Positions 1 through 12,785 of a stretch of 64,000 nt of DNA are shown here, piece after piece; positions within the stretch are counted from its first letter, which is position 1; each line of letters begins with the position of its first letter. Location of the stretch: assembly GCF_000143415.4 (NCBI RefSeq), contig NW_003314267.1, forward strand, positions 420,908 to 484,907, read 5' to 3'. Below the pieces are notes generated by a model. That model was not told where the DNA came from, did not search any database, and worked only from the letters and a program-made list of their open reading frames with translations. This DNA comes from Selaginella moellendorffii (Eukaryota; Plantae; Lycopodiophyta). The position numbers and the translations under genes are program-made.

Positions 1-539
1 TTTGTCTCGAGCGAACTGACTGAACTTGACGATGGTGCCCTATAGTCACTGCACCACCCAGGTAGGCATGGGACCATACTAAGTTTTTCATTCACACATA
101 CTACATCTCTCTAAATGCCAAGTTGATTGTGTCGATTATGGTGTCCCATGCTTTGAGGTACTTTGCAGCATCTGCAGATGTCACAGGATCTCCCAGGAGG
201 GTGTGTGAAAGTTGAGTGTGGGGAGGTAAAGGTGTAGTCGTATGGACACTAGATCATTGCTTGACTTCAAGTTGGCAAAGTGATTTGAGTTGACCTATTG
301 CAGGACCTCCTAAAATGAATATGCCCTAAACACATTAAGTATATTTAGGAATATCCCTAGAATCATAGCCATGCTTATTGAGCTTAGGAGCATATATTAT
401 TGCATTGTAAACATCTTTAGCTCCCAAGATTATCTCAAAGTTAAATTATAGTGTATGTGGTTTTCAAGGATAACCCCAGAGTGGAATGTAAACCCTTATA
501 TATGTGGCAAAGGGTAATGGAGCAGATCAAGGTTTTGAG

Positions 540-850
540 CCATTAAATAAAGGGATGGAGCTAAATTCCTAAATATATAGTTAAAAAACAAAGGAAGTAG
601 AATATAGGACAACTCTTAAACATATAACTTAAGAAGAAAACAACCAAAATATGGAATAACTCATGAGCGTACACAAAGGGACAAAAATAGAGAGTGATAT
701 AAAAATAGTTTTAGAGTATTTAACATCCCAAAGTTAGGATCAACACGTAAAATAAAGCTTGGTGCAATTTTAGCATATTGATAGCTTAATGCAAGGATAT
801 AAATGCTCCATTAACTAGCATGATATGAATTTTAAACTTAGACTCAAATT
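540..850 (+). repeat. Diverged dispersed repeat, copy A (inverted relative to the copy at about 4180-4850)
   Basis: The segment at about 776-850 (TTTTAGCATATTG...ATTAACTAGCATGATATGAATTTTAAACTTAGACTCAA) aligns by eye with the reverse complement of about 4183-4265. Positions 549-640 align with the reverse complement of about 4600-4685. Differences are mostly transitions. Confidence 0.6.
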
Positions 851-3127
851 AGAAGCTAGATAAGGATAGGTATGCAAGTAAAAAGGAATGCATGCTTTGG
901 GCTTTCACCCTAGGAGTTAGTGTCTAAAATAATCATGAAAACTTACATAATGACATTAGATTGCAAATTTGGACACAGGAACAATATTATTGTAATTAAG
1001 ACAATCTCTACATTCTGCCTCAACAAAAAATCTTAACACTTTCCACAAATAGCTAATAAGATCAAACAGAACTAATACATAGAGCATAATAGTGAGAGTG
1101 TCTTGATAGACATGGTAAACTATCACTTAACAAGTATTAAGGGTCTAAGATTAATATTGTAGGGGTTCCTAACACTAATAAATGTAAGCCAATGAACAAG
1201 TATATTTGATTAATAGCATTTAAGAATTCTATCTTTATGCTCCTTTGGCCAAGTGCACATGTGAAAATTAATTTCTCAACTAATTTGGGTGGAGATTAAT
1301 AAAAGGTCCAACAATACTAATCTTTTGTCGTGGCAATAAGAAAAGAATATTCAAAAGAATTCATTGATAAATAATTTCAATACCATAGTCATATTTGCAA
1401 TATAAATGAAAGAAAACAAAAGAGGGGATATGTTACTTGAGAAAGTGAGTGGATGAATAGAAAGTGAAAGGAAAACTATTGCTCAGTAAACGGTTAGAAC
1501 CTATGAAGAGTCCATGTAAACAATAAAGTACATAATCTCAAACATTATTGAAGTAAAGGTGGTAGATTATTAATACTGATAAATTATCTATATCAAAACT
1601 ACTACTTATTCAAAGAGGTAGAATAAGATAGAAGCCACTCTATAAAAAGGGCTTGGATGCCTCCATACACAAGGCCTAACCAAATATTAGAAATTTTAGC
1701 TTGTTGCTAAGTTGAAATTGTTGTGTTAATTTATTGCAGTTGTAATATATAGATGATAATGAATCTTTAGTTGTATATACTGATTATTAAGATGGGTAAA
1801 ATATTGAAAAAAAATGTCAAGCCCAATTTTGGTATCATAAAAAAGAATGAAAGTAGCATTTGTGGGAAATACTGTAGAAAATGATAAAATTAAAAAATAA
1901 AAAAGGAATGTTGGTTGAGATGGTGAGAATGATGAAAAGGAAAAAGTAAAAACTTGATTTAAAAACTTAAAAACTACAATTTATCAAGATAAAGTAGTAT
2001 GAGGTTGAAAAATATGGTTCAATAACACTCTTCATAACTTGAAGAAAGAAGCATAAAAACAAAAGTAAGAAAAATGGAGAAAATAAATAAGAGAAAAACA
2101 AAATGAAAAATGAAAAGAAAGAGGAATAAAGACTTCTCAATGCTAGAATGGTTAGAGGTAATGGTGGAGCATATCCTATCTAATTTGTGGGAGTCCCTAG
2201 GTGTTGAATATCCTCTTGGAAGGCACTTCACAAATGTGACAAATATGTGTATAAATCACCTCACCATCTTCATCATTATGAAATCGAAAGAAGAAAGAAA
2301 TATGTGCATTGGGTGATATTGGTATCAATGACCCCAGATAAGTGTGACTAAAAGAAGGTTTTACTTTATATCCAAACAATAAAGAAACTACATGTTCTTC
2401 AAAATTGCCATTTTATATCATACTTGCTTTAACAACTAAATATTTGTATACAATATATTGGGTGAAAAACGTGTAAAGGAGTCTTTTGAAAGCCACCATA
2501 AAGATCTAGTGCAAAAATAATTAATAGAAAATTAATTTTAAGGTAAAGACTTATTTAATGCTCACAAGCCAAATAATGCATTAGATTTATGGTTTTCAAC
2601 TTGTTTTAGAGGTTGAAAATTGTTCTTAGGCTTGATATAAAGCTTTTTATTATATTATAGAGGTGAAAATATGGTTAGATTAGCTAACACCTCAAACTCC
2701 TTTATAGTAAACATTTGTAAAATCTTGGGAACCTTTGTTATAACATATGATGGTTGATCTTGACTATATTATGAAAATACGACTTAATATGAAAGGAGTA
2801 TTTTGAAGATTTTGTCTAGTTGGATTGCAAGAAAGTGCCATTATTATCCAGGATTGAGTTGAGCTCAATTCTGCTCAAGTCTATATCAGTGAACTGTAAA
2901 TCTTAAAAAGAAATTTCATGTCAAAAAAATGTTATACCTTGGCAAACTTGAAATTCATGAACTTAATTGTTAATTATTTGGAGAAATTTATATTTTTAAA
3001 TATATTAATGAGGAGAACTTCTATTTTTAATGTGAGCTATACAATAAAATACTAATTGAGTAGTTTCTAGAATTAGAAGTTCACTTGAACCTATAATTAT
3101 TATTTTCAACATTCATAATGTTTTGGT

Positions 3128-3220
3128 GAACTTGAAATTTCTATTATACATTTTGATATTTTAACAATTTCTATTACGAACTTGAAATTTCTATTATATA
3201 TTTTGATATTTTAACAATTT
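3128..3220. repeat. Tandem duplication of about 50 bp
   Basis: GAACTTGAAATTTCTATTATAYATTTTGATATTTTAACAATTT occurs twice head-to-tail. Confidence 0.85.
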
Positions 3221-4179
3221 ACCACCACACATCAAGTTAGAAATATAGATAATTAAAAATTTTTATTCATTCATTCATTCTCTAGTGTTTTACAGAGATG
3301 GGAAGCAAGGAAAACAAAATATATATAAGTCACTACCGCAATCTCCATATTACATTATAAATTCTTATTACCCATCCGGAAATATAAGACCACTGTTACT
3401 ATTGATAAAAATGTTTCTGTTACTTTCAAAACAATAATCCAAAGCAAGTGAAAAGAATAAATAAATAGCACAGTGGAAAGCACTAACAAATCCACTCCAT
3501 AAAACTTTCTATAAAATTTGTAATCCATTTGAATATTAAAATAAAATTAAATTATTTGTTTGTTTGTATAAGCATGATATATTATCTTAGTGAATCTCTA
3601 TATAATTTATTAGTTTTGTATCAGATAGTGTAGATGATATATACGAATCAAAGAGTTAAATCTATATTTTCAAGATTGAAAGATATTCTATAAAAAGGTG
3701 CATTTGCATGCTTGTGTGCATTTACCATTATTATATATGGCAGATTAGCTATATAAAATAGGGATACATATTGATTATGAGCCAGTCTTTAACTTCTAGA
3801 TAACAATAGGTTATAATTAATATATAGCCCTATTATCAAAACTTATAATGTCATCAAATAAGTCTTATTATTATAGAGTTTTTAGTTCTTCTTAAGTGTT
3901 GAAATGGTTTAGAATTTTGGTAGATGCCTCTTATATGAGTCTTTACTTCCATCCCTAAGCTTAATTAATAATCTACCTTTAGCTCCATACAACAATCTTC
4001 TTTTTTCATTTTGAGGGGTTTTTTTCCTTCTAGATAACAATTCTTGTGAAGCTTTTTCATTTGCAATCTTGAGTACAACTAAACAAAAGTTTTCTATTTA
4101 TGATGTTAGTTGAGCATAGATGTCCAACTTGAGGCATTATTTAGCTCTCTATTAAATGTGATTGTTTTTGTTTTGCATT

Positions 4180-4850
4180 TGACTTGAGTCTAAACCTAAA
4201 TTCCATACCATGCTAGTTAATAAAGTACCTATATCCTCGTATTATGCCACTAATATATTAAAATAGTGTTAGACTTTATTTGGCTCCATTTTACATATTG
4301 GTTTTAGCATTGGGATGCTAAATGCTTTAGGATTATGTCATGGAACTGTATTTGGGTTTGAATTTGAGATCATGTACACTGCTCTAATGGAGGAGACCTA
4401 GGTGACCTTGAAGTTAGCGCATCTGGATAGTACTCATGTTGGAAAGCAGGTGAGGGTGAAAGTAAAAGGTCACAAGGGTAGACTGTTGATCTGGAAGTCT
4501 TATCAGCCATGTGAAGGATGTGAGGTCCTCCTTGTATGAGTGAGAGATCTTCGAGCATACTCATATTTCATATAATGTTACTTTGTGCTTTTATCTTTTT
4601 ATTCATTGGGCTATACACTCAGAAGTTATTGTATACTCTAATTCCTTCGCTTCTTGCTTGGGAGTTTAACTTTATCCCTTTGTTTTATTAAATAATAATA
4701 AAAAATGATTCAAAAGATGATTCATAGGAGTTTAAATATAGAGAAAAAAGTGCATAATTAAGTGTACCCCCTTTTATAATCAGTTACATTTTAAGATATT
4801 AGGGTTAAACATCCTTGGGTTTATGTAGTGAAGTTCAAATTCAAAAATAT
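4180..4850 (-). repeat. Diverged dispersed repeat, copy B (probable transposon relic)
   Basis: Inverted similarity to 540-850. The reverse complement of 4780-4825 (AAACCCAAGGATGTTTAACCCTAA) also matches 25081-25104 (AAACCCAAGGATATTTAACCTTAA). Confidence 0.55.
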
Positions 4851-5089
4851 ACAATTTAGTGGCTTAAGGTCTTGCAACTTAGATTGTACTCTACTAAGTT
4901 TACAGTTTAGTGTGAAGGGTGAAAATCAAGTACACTACAAAATGGTATAAGTTTATTAACTTAAAATATAATTTACCCTTGAGCAAGGTATATTCCTACC
5001 TTTAAATTGAAATTATACATGAATAGATCCTTTATATAAGTGGAGTAGGCTGGCTTGTCTTCTATGTCATTGCTATTAGATATTGATTA

Positions 5090-6680
5090 ACAAAGTAGTT
5101 ATATTTTTTCTTCAAATAGCTTAAGGCATTAAATAAGGATTTAAATTTTCATATATTAAAGATATTTATATGTCCAACATACTCAATGGTTGAGTAGGGG
5201 TAGAACAATTATCTAGATGTGTGAATATTTATAATTGTTGCTAAAGTTCTTTAAAGATGAGATTCAAATTCTTGATAAAACACAAGCTACTAAAATTTAT
5301 AAATGGCTTAAAAAATTTAAATTTTTGCACTTTTTGGGAAAGATATTGGAGATAGTAGCCCAGCTCAACAAAGAATTTTAAGTTGTAACTATATACATCA
5401 GCAATGTCATTCCTTTGTGCAAGGAAACAATGGCTAAATTTAATATTATTATTTAGACAACACTAAATGGATCTTAACAACTACTTGCCATATAGTCAAG
5501 ACTATTTGATTATCTTATATGGTGGATGTTGAAAAAGTCTGTTAGACAAGCTCAGGTTGTTAGTTCAGGAACAAAGAATAGTTTTTTAAAAATGAATAAT
5601 TTTTGTAGATATATATTTATCAATTGAAATATAAATTTTAAATGACATTATCATCAAAAAAGATTCATATTTTGATTTTATCCTCTAATGTTGCAACACT
5701 CCTAACAAGCTCATAAGAATCAAATGAGGAGATTATATGCCCTCTAGTGAGATAAATATATGCATATCCAATGTCTTGAGGTTGAGTCAATTTTGAAGCT
5801 AATTCTTGATCATATTATGCCTGGAAAACTTTCTCAAACACCCAAGGGTGAATATACTTTAAATCCCTCTTTCCTTTTCTATTTGATTTTTTTATGACTT
5901 ATGATGATTTTACTCTTGTAAAGTCAAAACAACATCCTCTTCCTCATCTTGTTTTATTTATCAAACAATTTTTGGGTAAAATTGAAACTAACCCACCATA
6001 GGAATATCCCTAATAGTTATATATTAAGCATATTCTTATAAGTATATTTTTTAATATTTAATTCTCTAAAAGATAATTGCATATCAAATGTCATTGTTTG
6101 TAAATATTTAAATGTAGTTGATGTTAGCCTCTATGTTATATAACATTTTTTTTTATCTTCAATGCCAAAATTAATCCTTGTTGCGGAGAATGAGTATAGT
6201 AAAGGGGTTTGGTAGTGGTGATCAAGTTTTAGAAAGACATCTTTTGTATATGAACTAGATTATTAGATTTGGAGGCTTCAAATATTTTTTTGAAGTTCTA
6301 TTTCCTAACATTTATCAACTTAACTTCATTAAAGAAAGATTTGAATTATTTTACGAATTTATGCAATGATAATTGATAAAATAGTATTAGTTATAAGAAA
6401 TACCTCTTATGAAAGATAATGGCTAAAGAATACAAGGATAAGACTTTTATTTATAATTTATAGGCATAATGTTTGGACAATCAAGTATGCAAATTTGTTC
6501 AAATTAGTTGTAATTGAGATAGTTTAATATTGTATACAAATGGCTTCAACAAAATTAACTATATAAAGAATAACTTTTGGAATCAATTAGGATATCTGTA
6601 GTGGATGAGTTGGTTAAAATTTCTATCAAAAGTTCATTTATAACTACTTTTAACTTCATAATTCAAGTATGGAGCATCTT
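5090..6680 (+). mobile_element. Decayed hAT-superfamily transposase relic
   Basis: In-frame translation from 5178 gives HTQWLSRGRTII*MCEYL*LLLKFFKDE...KFKFLHFLGKILEIVAQLNKEF*, matching the hAT TRWLSR motif and the following F-L-xIL-L-FQ helix. About 6465-6675 gives KYANLFKLVVI...GFNKINYIKNNFWNQLG...VDELVKISI...FNF..QVW, resembling the hAT C-terminal dimerisation domain. Many stops. Confidence 0.7.
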
Positions 6681-8124
6681 ATAGATATATTTCAATTAAT
6701 TAGGTTTTTAAAATTAATTCATGAATGTATTTTTCTAGTCACTTAGATTTAGTTATTTATTTTCCAATGAGTAATTTTGTTGCAGCTATTTGAATTTTTT
6801 TGTATAAGGATTTTTTCTAAATAAAATTCTTGACCAAGCTACCAGTCTAGTTTGGCAATTTAAAAATTTCTTTTACTATAAGAAAAATAAATTGTTATAC
6901 ATTATATCTAAATCTGATTTTCTTCTTAATCTTGCATGGATTTGAACTTTTTGGGGGATTTATAAGTTTTATTATACATTATACTCAAATTCAAGACCAT
7001 TCCCATTTTACCCTAATTTTAAATGTTTCAAGGATTTAATAAGTTCTAATATCAATTTAATTCCCTTTGAAAAAGCCACATAGACTTGCAAAACTACAAT
7101 AACTGTTTTCTTATGTGAAACATATAATTTTCTTGCCAAAGAATCATTTTATCAGTTTTTATTTCATAAGAATAAATTTTTTTATCCAACAATAAAATTA
7201 TTTTCTTATCAAATAATTTTCATCTTTATACATAATTTAATAACTCCATTATTTGGTTTTTAGTTTCTAAAACCAATCAAATACCAATTTACTCTTTAAT
7301 TGATACTCATAAAAATGTTCTCTTCATAATTGATTTAGTCATTCATAAAAAATGTTTTAATCTTTTTATATTTAATGAGCTCCTCTCCAGAATTTTACAC
7401 TTATTTTGTAATGGCCTTGTTTGTTGCAATAATTATAAATAGTATTTCTCCTTTTATCCTTTCTAGAATTACTTGAGAAATTGTGAAAACCACTATAAAG
7501 TTGAGTACTTCTTTTTATTCGTTGAAAGAATTTTTTTTTTATAATTATGTTAATTGAACTAACATCTCTACTATGCTAATAAGCATATGGTTTAATTGAT
7601 TTTAATTTAAAATAAAACTTCATTTTCTCCATAGCATTTAGTGTTAAATATCTTGAACAATGATCATAAAAATGTTATACTTCTTTGGGGAAAAATTGTT
7701 GAAGTACAGGAAATTTCTTTCTTGAATTGGTTTTAGGCTGCATATCAAAATAGTTCTATTCTAAAACATAAATAGCTTACACGCTCATAAGAAATTTATT
7801 GGCTCATATGTTGTCATCATAGCTAAATAATTAGAGCATAACCCATTCTTTACCTTATCTTTAAATTAGCAATTTTTATAATCTCAGAAATGGTATTATA
7901 TATAATGACTTTTTAAATTCCATTGATGTAGTTGACAAATAATTGATCATAACCTTAAAAACAATATTTTTATACTTATAGGTGAATGGATTTTACATTT
8001 TAGCAATACTATAAGTCATTGTCACTTCAGCCTTCTAAAAATGAAAAAAAAGTAAAACACTATCATTCAAATAAATAAATATGTTAGAAATAGAATTTCA
8101 AAATAAATAAATTTAAAATAAAAA

Positions 8125-8613
8125 GCATGGACTCTACATCTTTATGGACAACCTCTTCAATAGTATCACCCCATTAGTTCCCAAATGTCTAAAGCATCAA
8201 CCTCCACTCAAATCTGACCATCAACAATAAAAGACATACCAACCTTCAAGTCATTATGAGCTTAAAGAGTTGAAGAACGTGGGGCTCTTGCCAACCTTAT
8301 TTTGAATGGTGACAACTACTTCATGTCTACCTTGTCACCTGAGTGGTTTGTCCAGAGCCGTGACCAACAACTTAGAGTTTCTGGTGATGGGGTACCTGAC
8401 ATTGAAAATGTCTATTGTGTGTGATTGGGTCCCAGCATTGAAAGAGCTCTGGCAGTAGTTAGTCAGCCTCTTGCAGAACTTTCCATTGAATTTGCTCTTG
8501 AGTGCCATCATCTAGTTCCCAAGTTTGAGCATCGTCACCATGAAAATGACAGGCTCGTCCTCGAGATCCACGCTTGAAGAGATGGACCAGGAAGTCCCTG
8601 GTACGTGTTCCAT
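8125..8613 (-). pseudogene. Amaranthin (agglutinin)/aerolysin-type pore-forming lectin pseudogene fragment
   Basis: Minus strand reads KLGN*MMALKSKFNGKFCKRLTNYCQSSFNA...IFNVRY, then KVGMSFIVDGQI*VEV...WGDTIEEVV. These match the FCKRLT..SCLNA and GxPFIVDGKIEV...WGET motifs of Hfr-2-like amaranthin-aerolysin proteins. Contains stops and frameshifts. Confidence 0.65.
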
Positions 8614-9443
8614 GCAGTCACGCCACACGCTCACACTTGCAATCGAATATCGCGTGGAAACATCGTCGATTGTCGTAGGAACGAGAGATGAGAGTGATGC
8701 TGTCCGATTCCAGATCCGAAAGAGCCTTTGTGCCCGGTTTCGGCATACACTGCGATCGTCGCATTACATCCGGCTGAAAAATCGCATGAAAGGAAGGTTT
8801 TTCTGGAACAATTTGCCAAGCTCAGGAATACTCAGAGTCCACGAGCGTTATCACATGCCATGGATTTGTACACACTAATTTTATCTTCCAAATGCCCAAT
8901 TAAGGCAGTTGCGGATGTGCCACGAGAAAACGTTTCTGCGCGATCGCATCAGACAAAAATACAATGCACGCATCGTCAATGATGCATTAGCATGTGCGAG
9001 AAACCGCAAGGTCGCCATGAGATACCGCTCTTGGGAAAGAAGAGTACATTGGGAGGCAAAGACTCTGGGAGATTTTCGAGATGATCTCGTTCAAACGCCG
9101 ACGCGCTGCTCTTATTCGAGCGGCAATGTCCCAGTGGGGATTTTGCCGCTGGCGAGCAATTCCACCTACCTAGTATTGGCGTGAGGATTCACTTGCAATG
9201 TCTGGTCCAAGGCCAATGGTTTCATCTTCTACTACGAGGATGTGGAGACGAAGAGGTCTGTGCATTGGATCTTCTAAATGAAAATCGGAGGCAGAGTACG
9301 TCATGGCTTTGGAGGCTGGCAGCTCGAGGACGAAGCGTGGCAACGAGAGATTCCAAGACCTCTCAAGCACAGAACACTCGCGGCAATAAGTATTTATTCG
9401 AAGACGAACACTAATTTCTTTTATGTTTTTTGGTTTCTTTTTC

Positions 9444-10112
9444 CTAGCCGAAGATTGACTTAAGCTGTTGCACGGCCTTCTCGTCGATGAAGAAGGTCTT
9501 GACCAGCACCTCATCCAGGATATTCGATCCAAACATGGAGTCGGCGATGAGCTGGAAGCCAGGGAACTGCGAGTTGAGGGTGACGATCCCCATTGCGGTG
9601 GTGTTCCCAACGTTGAGCTGCCAGTGGATCAAACCCCGGGGGAAGATCATCACGTCGCCTTTGGAGATGACCCGAGCGAAGAGCTTGTTGTCCGTGGTGA
9701 CAAACCCGGCGTACATGCTCCCCTCCACGACGTAGATCATCTCGGACGCGCGGGGATGGGTGTGAGGCGGGATCAAGCCGCCCTTTGCGAAGTCGAGCCT
9801 TGCGATGGAGAGGCCCAGCGAGTTGAGGCCCGGGTACTGGAAGACGGATCCAAACACCGCGTCAGCGCCGACTGGATTGCTCGTGTTGGCTGATTGTTTG
9901 AGGCCGCTAAAGATGAAATCTTCGACGGTGGTGTTGGAGGCTCGCTTGCAAGGGAAGCCATTCATGGAGAGATCCTTGGAGAGGTCGGCGACGCAGAAGT
10001 CTTGCAGTGGATCGGCGTCGGCGGCATTGACACCAATCGAGAATGAAAGAGAGACGATCACCAGCAGCAGCAGTGACAGCGAATTCATGGATCTTGCTAC
10101 CACCAGCTTCAT
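9444..10112 (-). CDS. GLP: Germin-like protein (cupin), copy 1
   Basis: Intronless 222 aa ORF with signal peptide, LQDFCVAD box A, GLIPPHTHPRASE box B and FPRGLIHWQLN box C. The H,H,E,H manganese ligands are intact. Confidence 0.96.
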   Translation of the reverse strand: MKLVVARSMNSLSLLLLVIVSLSFSIGVNAADADPLQDFCVADLSKDLSMNGFPCKRASNTTVEDFIFSGLKQSANTSNPVGADAVFGSVFQYPGLNSLGLSIARLDFAKGGLIPPHTHPRASEMIYVVEGSMYAGFVTTDNKLFARVISKGDVMIFPRGLIHWQLNVGNTTAMGIVTLNSQFPGFQLIADSMFGSNILDEVLVKTFFIDEKAVQQLKSIFG

Positions 10113-10434
10113 GATCTTCGCTTACTACGAAGAACTTCGTACTAAGAACTTGGAACTTTTGGAAGAGATCTATTAGCGAATGGAAAAAAGTGCTGCGATT
10201 GAAGGAAAGATTTTGGAGCTGCATTTATACGCAAGATTAACTCTGTTTTCAGGAACGCTCGTCGAAGCTCTTTGCTTAGATTGACTTTGTCAGAGGTGAT
10301 CTTAAATTCCGAGTAAACGATCGTCATTTAAAGGTAGGACCGGCAAAGGCTAGCGAGATGGAAATAACAAAGAAAAGAGTAGTGCAAATCGTGGACGATT
10401 AGAAGTTACTACGAAGAAAGATGGCTATCCGGAA

Positions 10435-11088
10435 TCATGAGCTAGACGCAAAGATGGACTTAATCTCACGCACGGTATTCTCGTCGAGGAAGAAGCTCTT
10501 GACTAACACCTCGTCCAAGATATCTCCGGATCCAAACAAGGAGTTTGCAACGAACTGGAAGCCCGGAGACTGGGAATTGAGCGTGACGATCCCAGTCGCG
10601 GTGCTCTTCCCGACGTTGAGCTGCCAGTGGATCAATCCCCGCGGGAACATCATCACCTCGCCCTCGGTGATCACTCGAGCGAAGACCCTGTTGTCCGTGC
10701 TCACAAATCCAGCGTACAAGCTCCCGGTGACAACGTAGATGATCTCCGACGCGCGGGGATGGGTGTGCGGAGGGGTCAAGCCGCCAACCGCGAAATCCAG
10801 CCTCGCGATCGAGATGCCGAGCGTGTTGAGGCCCGGGTACTCGCGGACGGATCCAGGCACCACTCCAACGCCGAACGGGTTGCTCGTGTTTCCCGGGTTT
10901 TTCAGCGCGGCAAAGATGAAGTCCTCGGTGGTGGCGGCCGAGGCGTCCTTGCAAGGGAAGCCATTGATGGTGAGATCCTTGGAGAGATGGGCAACGCAAA
11001 AGTCTTGCAGTGGATCCGGATCGGCGGCATTGACGATCGCAAGAACGTAACATAACAGGAGTAGCAGCAGAGAAGAATTCAATGCCAT
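10435..11088 (-). CDS. GLP: Germin-like protein (cupin), copy 2
   Basis: Intronless 217 aa tandem paralogue with the same germin boxes. Confidence 0.96.
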   Translation of the reverse strand: MALNSSLLLLLLCYVLAIVNAADPDPLQDFCVAHLSKDLTINGFPCKDASAATTEDFIFAALKNPGNTSNPFGVGVVPGSVREYPGLNTLGISIARLDFAVGGLTPPHTHPRASEIIYVVTGSLYAGFVSTDNRVFARVITEGEVMMFPRGLIHWQLNVGKSTATGIVTLNSQSPGFQFVANSLFGSGDILDEVLVKSFFLDENTVREIKSIFASSS

Positions 11089-11437
11089 TTTCTGCGAGCT
11101 AGATAATCAAACTATGGATGATCAATAAGATCATCTCTAGGAGCTTTGAATTTATATCCAAGAGTAACATCTTTTGTCACGAAACGAAGTACCTCATGGT
11201 CTTCGAATGACTTGGTGCCATACACGCATGGAATTTTGGAAGCAACAAGAAACTCCACAAGTGAGAGCTCTTGAAAACTTTGCTTGTCAAACCAAACGAT
11301 TTCGCTATCAAGAAAATTCTCTTTCTGCTGTGAAAAAGGATGGCTGCCTTTCGCTGGCTCGATACCTTTTACACAAGTGCTTGGCTGTGCGATGTAAACA
11401 ATCTGTTTTCCAAAGCTATGAAATACCTTTCGCGAGC

Positions 11438-12754
11438 TCACAAACCCAAGGGACCGGCATTTGCTGTCAGCCGAGTTACCATTGACGCGGATCTCGTCGC
11501 AAAGTATTGTCCACCGCTGTAGTGTGGCGAGGCGTCTCCACCTCCAGACTCTACAAAGTAGGCCCCGTTTACAAACAGGTCTCCAGAAGACTGCCATAGC
11601 CAGTTTGATCCACCCTTCGCTTCTCGTTTCGTCACCTGGAATGAGAGAGAGAGAAATGTAAGAACTTCGTTTTAGAGTTGTGTGAAACTTTGAATACCTG
11701 TTTGGCGCCAGTAGCAAGGAATCTGTTGGCTTCACTGAAGAACGTTGGATTGGCACTGCCACCGATTGCGTACATGTCCCAGTTTTCATAGTTGTTGTTC
11801 ACGACATGGAAGTAGCCAAATCGCCCCCTGGAGAAAACAAAGCTCTTGTTAAGTATTCCGGAAGAAACGAAGTAAAAACAACAAAACCTTGGCATACGCT
11901 GCACACATCCCACGAAGTGATTGTAGACAACGGTTATTTTCATGTTTCTGTCCGCCGAGTAGCTATCGGAGTGACCGAGGAGCATTACCTGCAAAGATAC
12001 GATCCGGTCAGCTCCTAGGAAAATTTATAAAAACAAGAAAAACAAAAAAAAAAAACACTACCTTGTCATGGTCAGAGAAATAGTTGTTTGAGATAGTGAT
12101 TGCTGTGGATCCGTGAATAGCGTCGATCAATCCATCCTGCGCCCTCGATAGCGAGCAGTGATCAATCCAAACGTTGCTGGAGCCGAAGATAGCAATGGCA
12201 TCTCCATCTGACCCTCCTCGAAAGCCTGTGTGATCGACTGACGAAATAACTCTTCCGGACGAGCTCGGCTTGCAGTCGCGCAAGGTGAGGCCGTGGATGA
12301 TAACGTGGTCGACGTACTGGAGAGTTAGGCACGGCCCGTTTAGTCCTATTTGCACGTTAGCACCTCGTGCATCGATCGTCTTGTAGCTGGTGATCAGCAG
12401 CTCGGCCTTGAGCCTGATGTTCATGTCTCTCGAGAATGTGATCCAGAGCGGGCCAGACCGAGTCACTCCGTATCTGAGAGTACCAGGCCAAGGTTGCACG
12501 GGATCATCACCAGGATCAGTGACTTGATAGACTTTACCACCCCGGCCCCCAGCAGCACCGGCTCCAAATCCCACAGCACAGTCGGCCAAGTGCATACGAT
12601 CGCCCCTCCAATCACCCCCCACCCAGCAGTCATCGATCGTGTTCCCGGTGAAGCTTGAAGCAAACGAGACGTACTTTGGTTTGTAATAATTGTAAGAACT
12701 CCTGCAAAAGAAAGCAAAAACCGTGAGTGATTGATATGTGCTTACTAGGAACTC

Positions 12755-12785
<31 letters not shown>

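Noticed and set aside
1-310. Possible decayed coding fragment on the minus strand (LLGDPVTSADAAKYLKAWDTIIDTINLAFREM*)
   Set aside because: Stops and a frameshift, truncated by the window edge, and no family recognised.
6700-7900. Faint Gypsy pol-like traces on the minus strand (GFTIS, LSD*KNTFMN)
   Set aside because: Too degenerate to support without a profile search.
9200-9360. Possible F-box-associated gene remnant (NGFIFY, VCALDL, GGWQL)
   Set aside because: Only short motifs in different frames.
11112-11789. 225-aa minus-strand ORF
   Set aside because: Off-frame overlap of the pectate lyase exons and 3' UTR; no recognisable domain.
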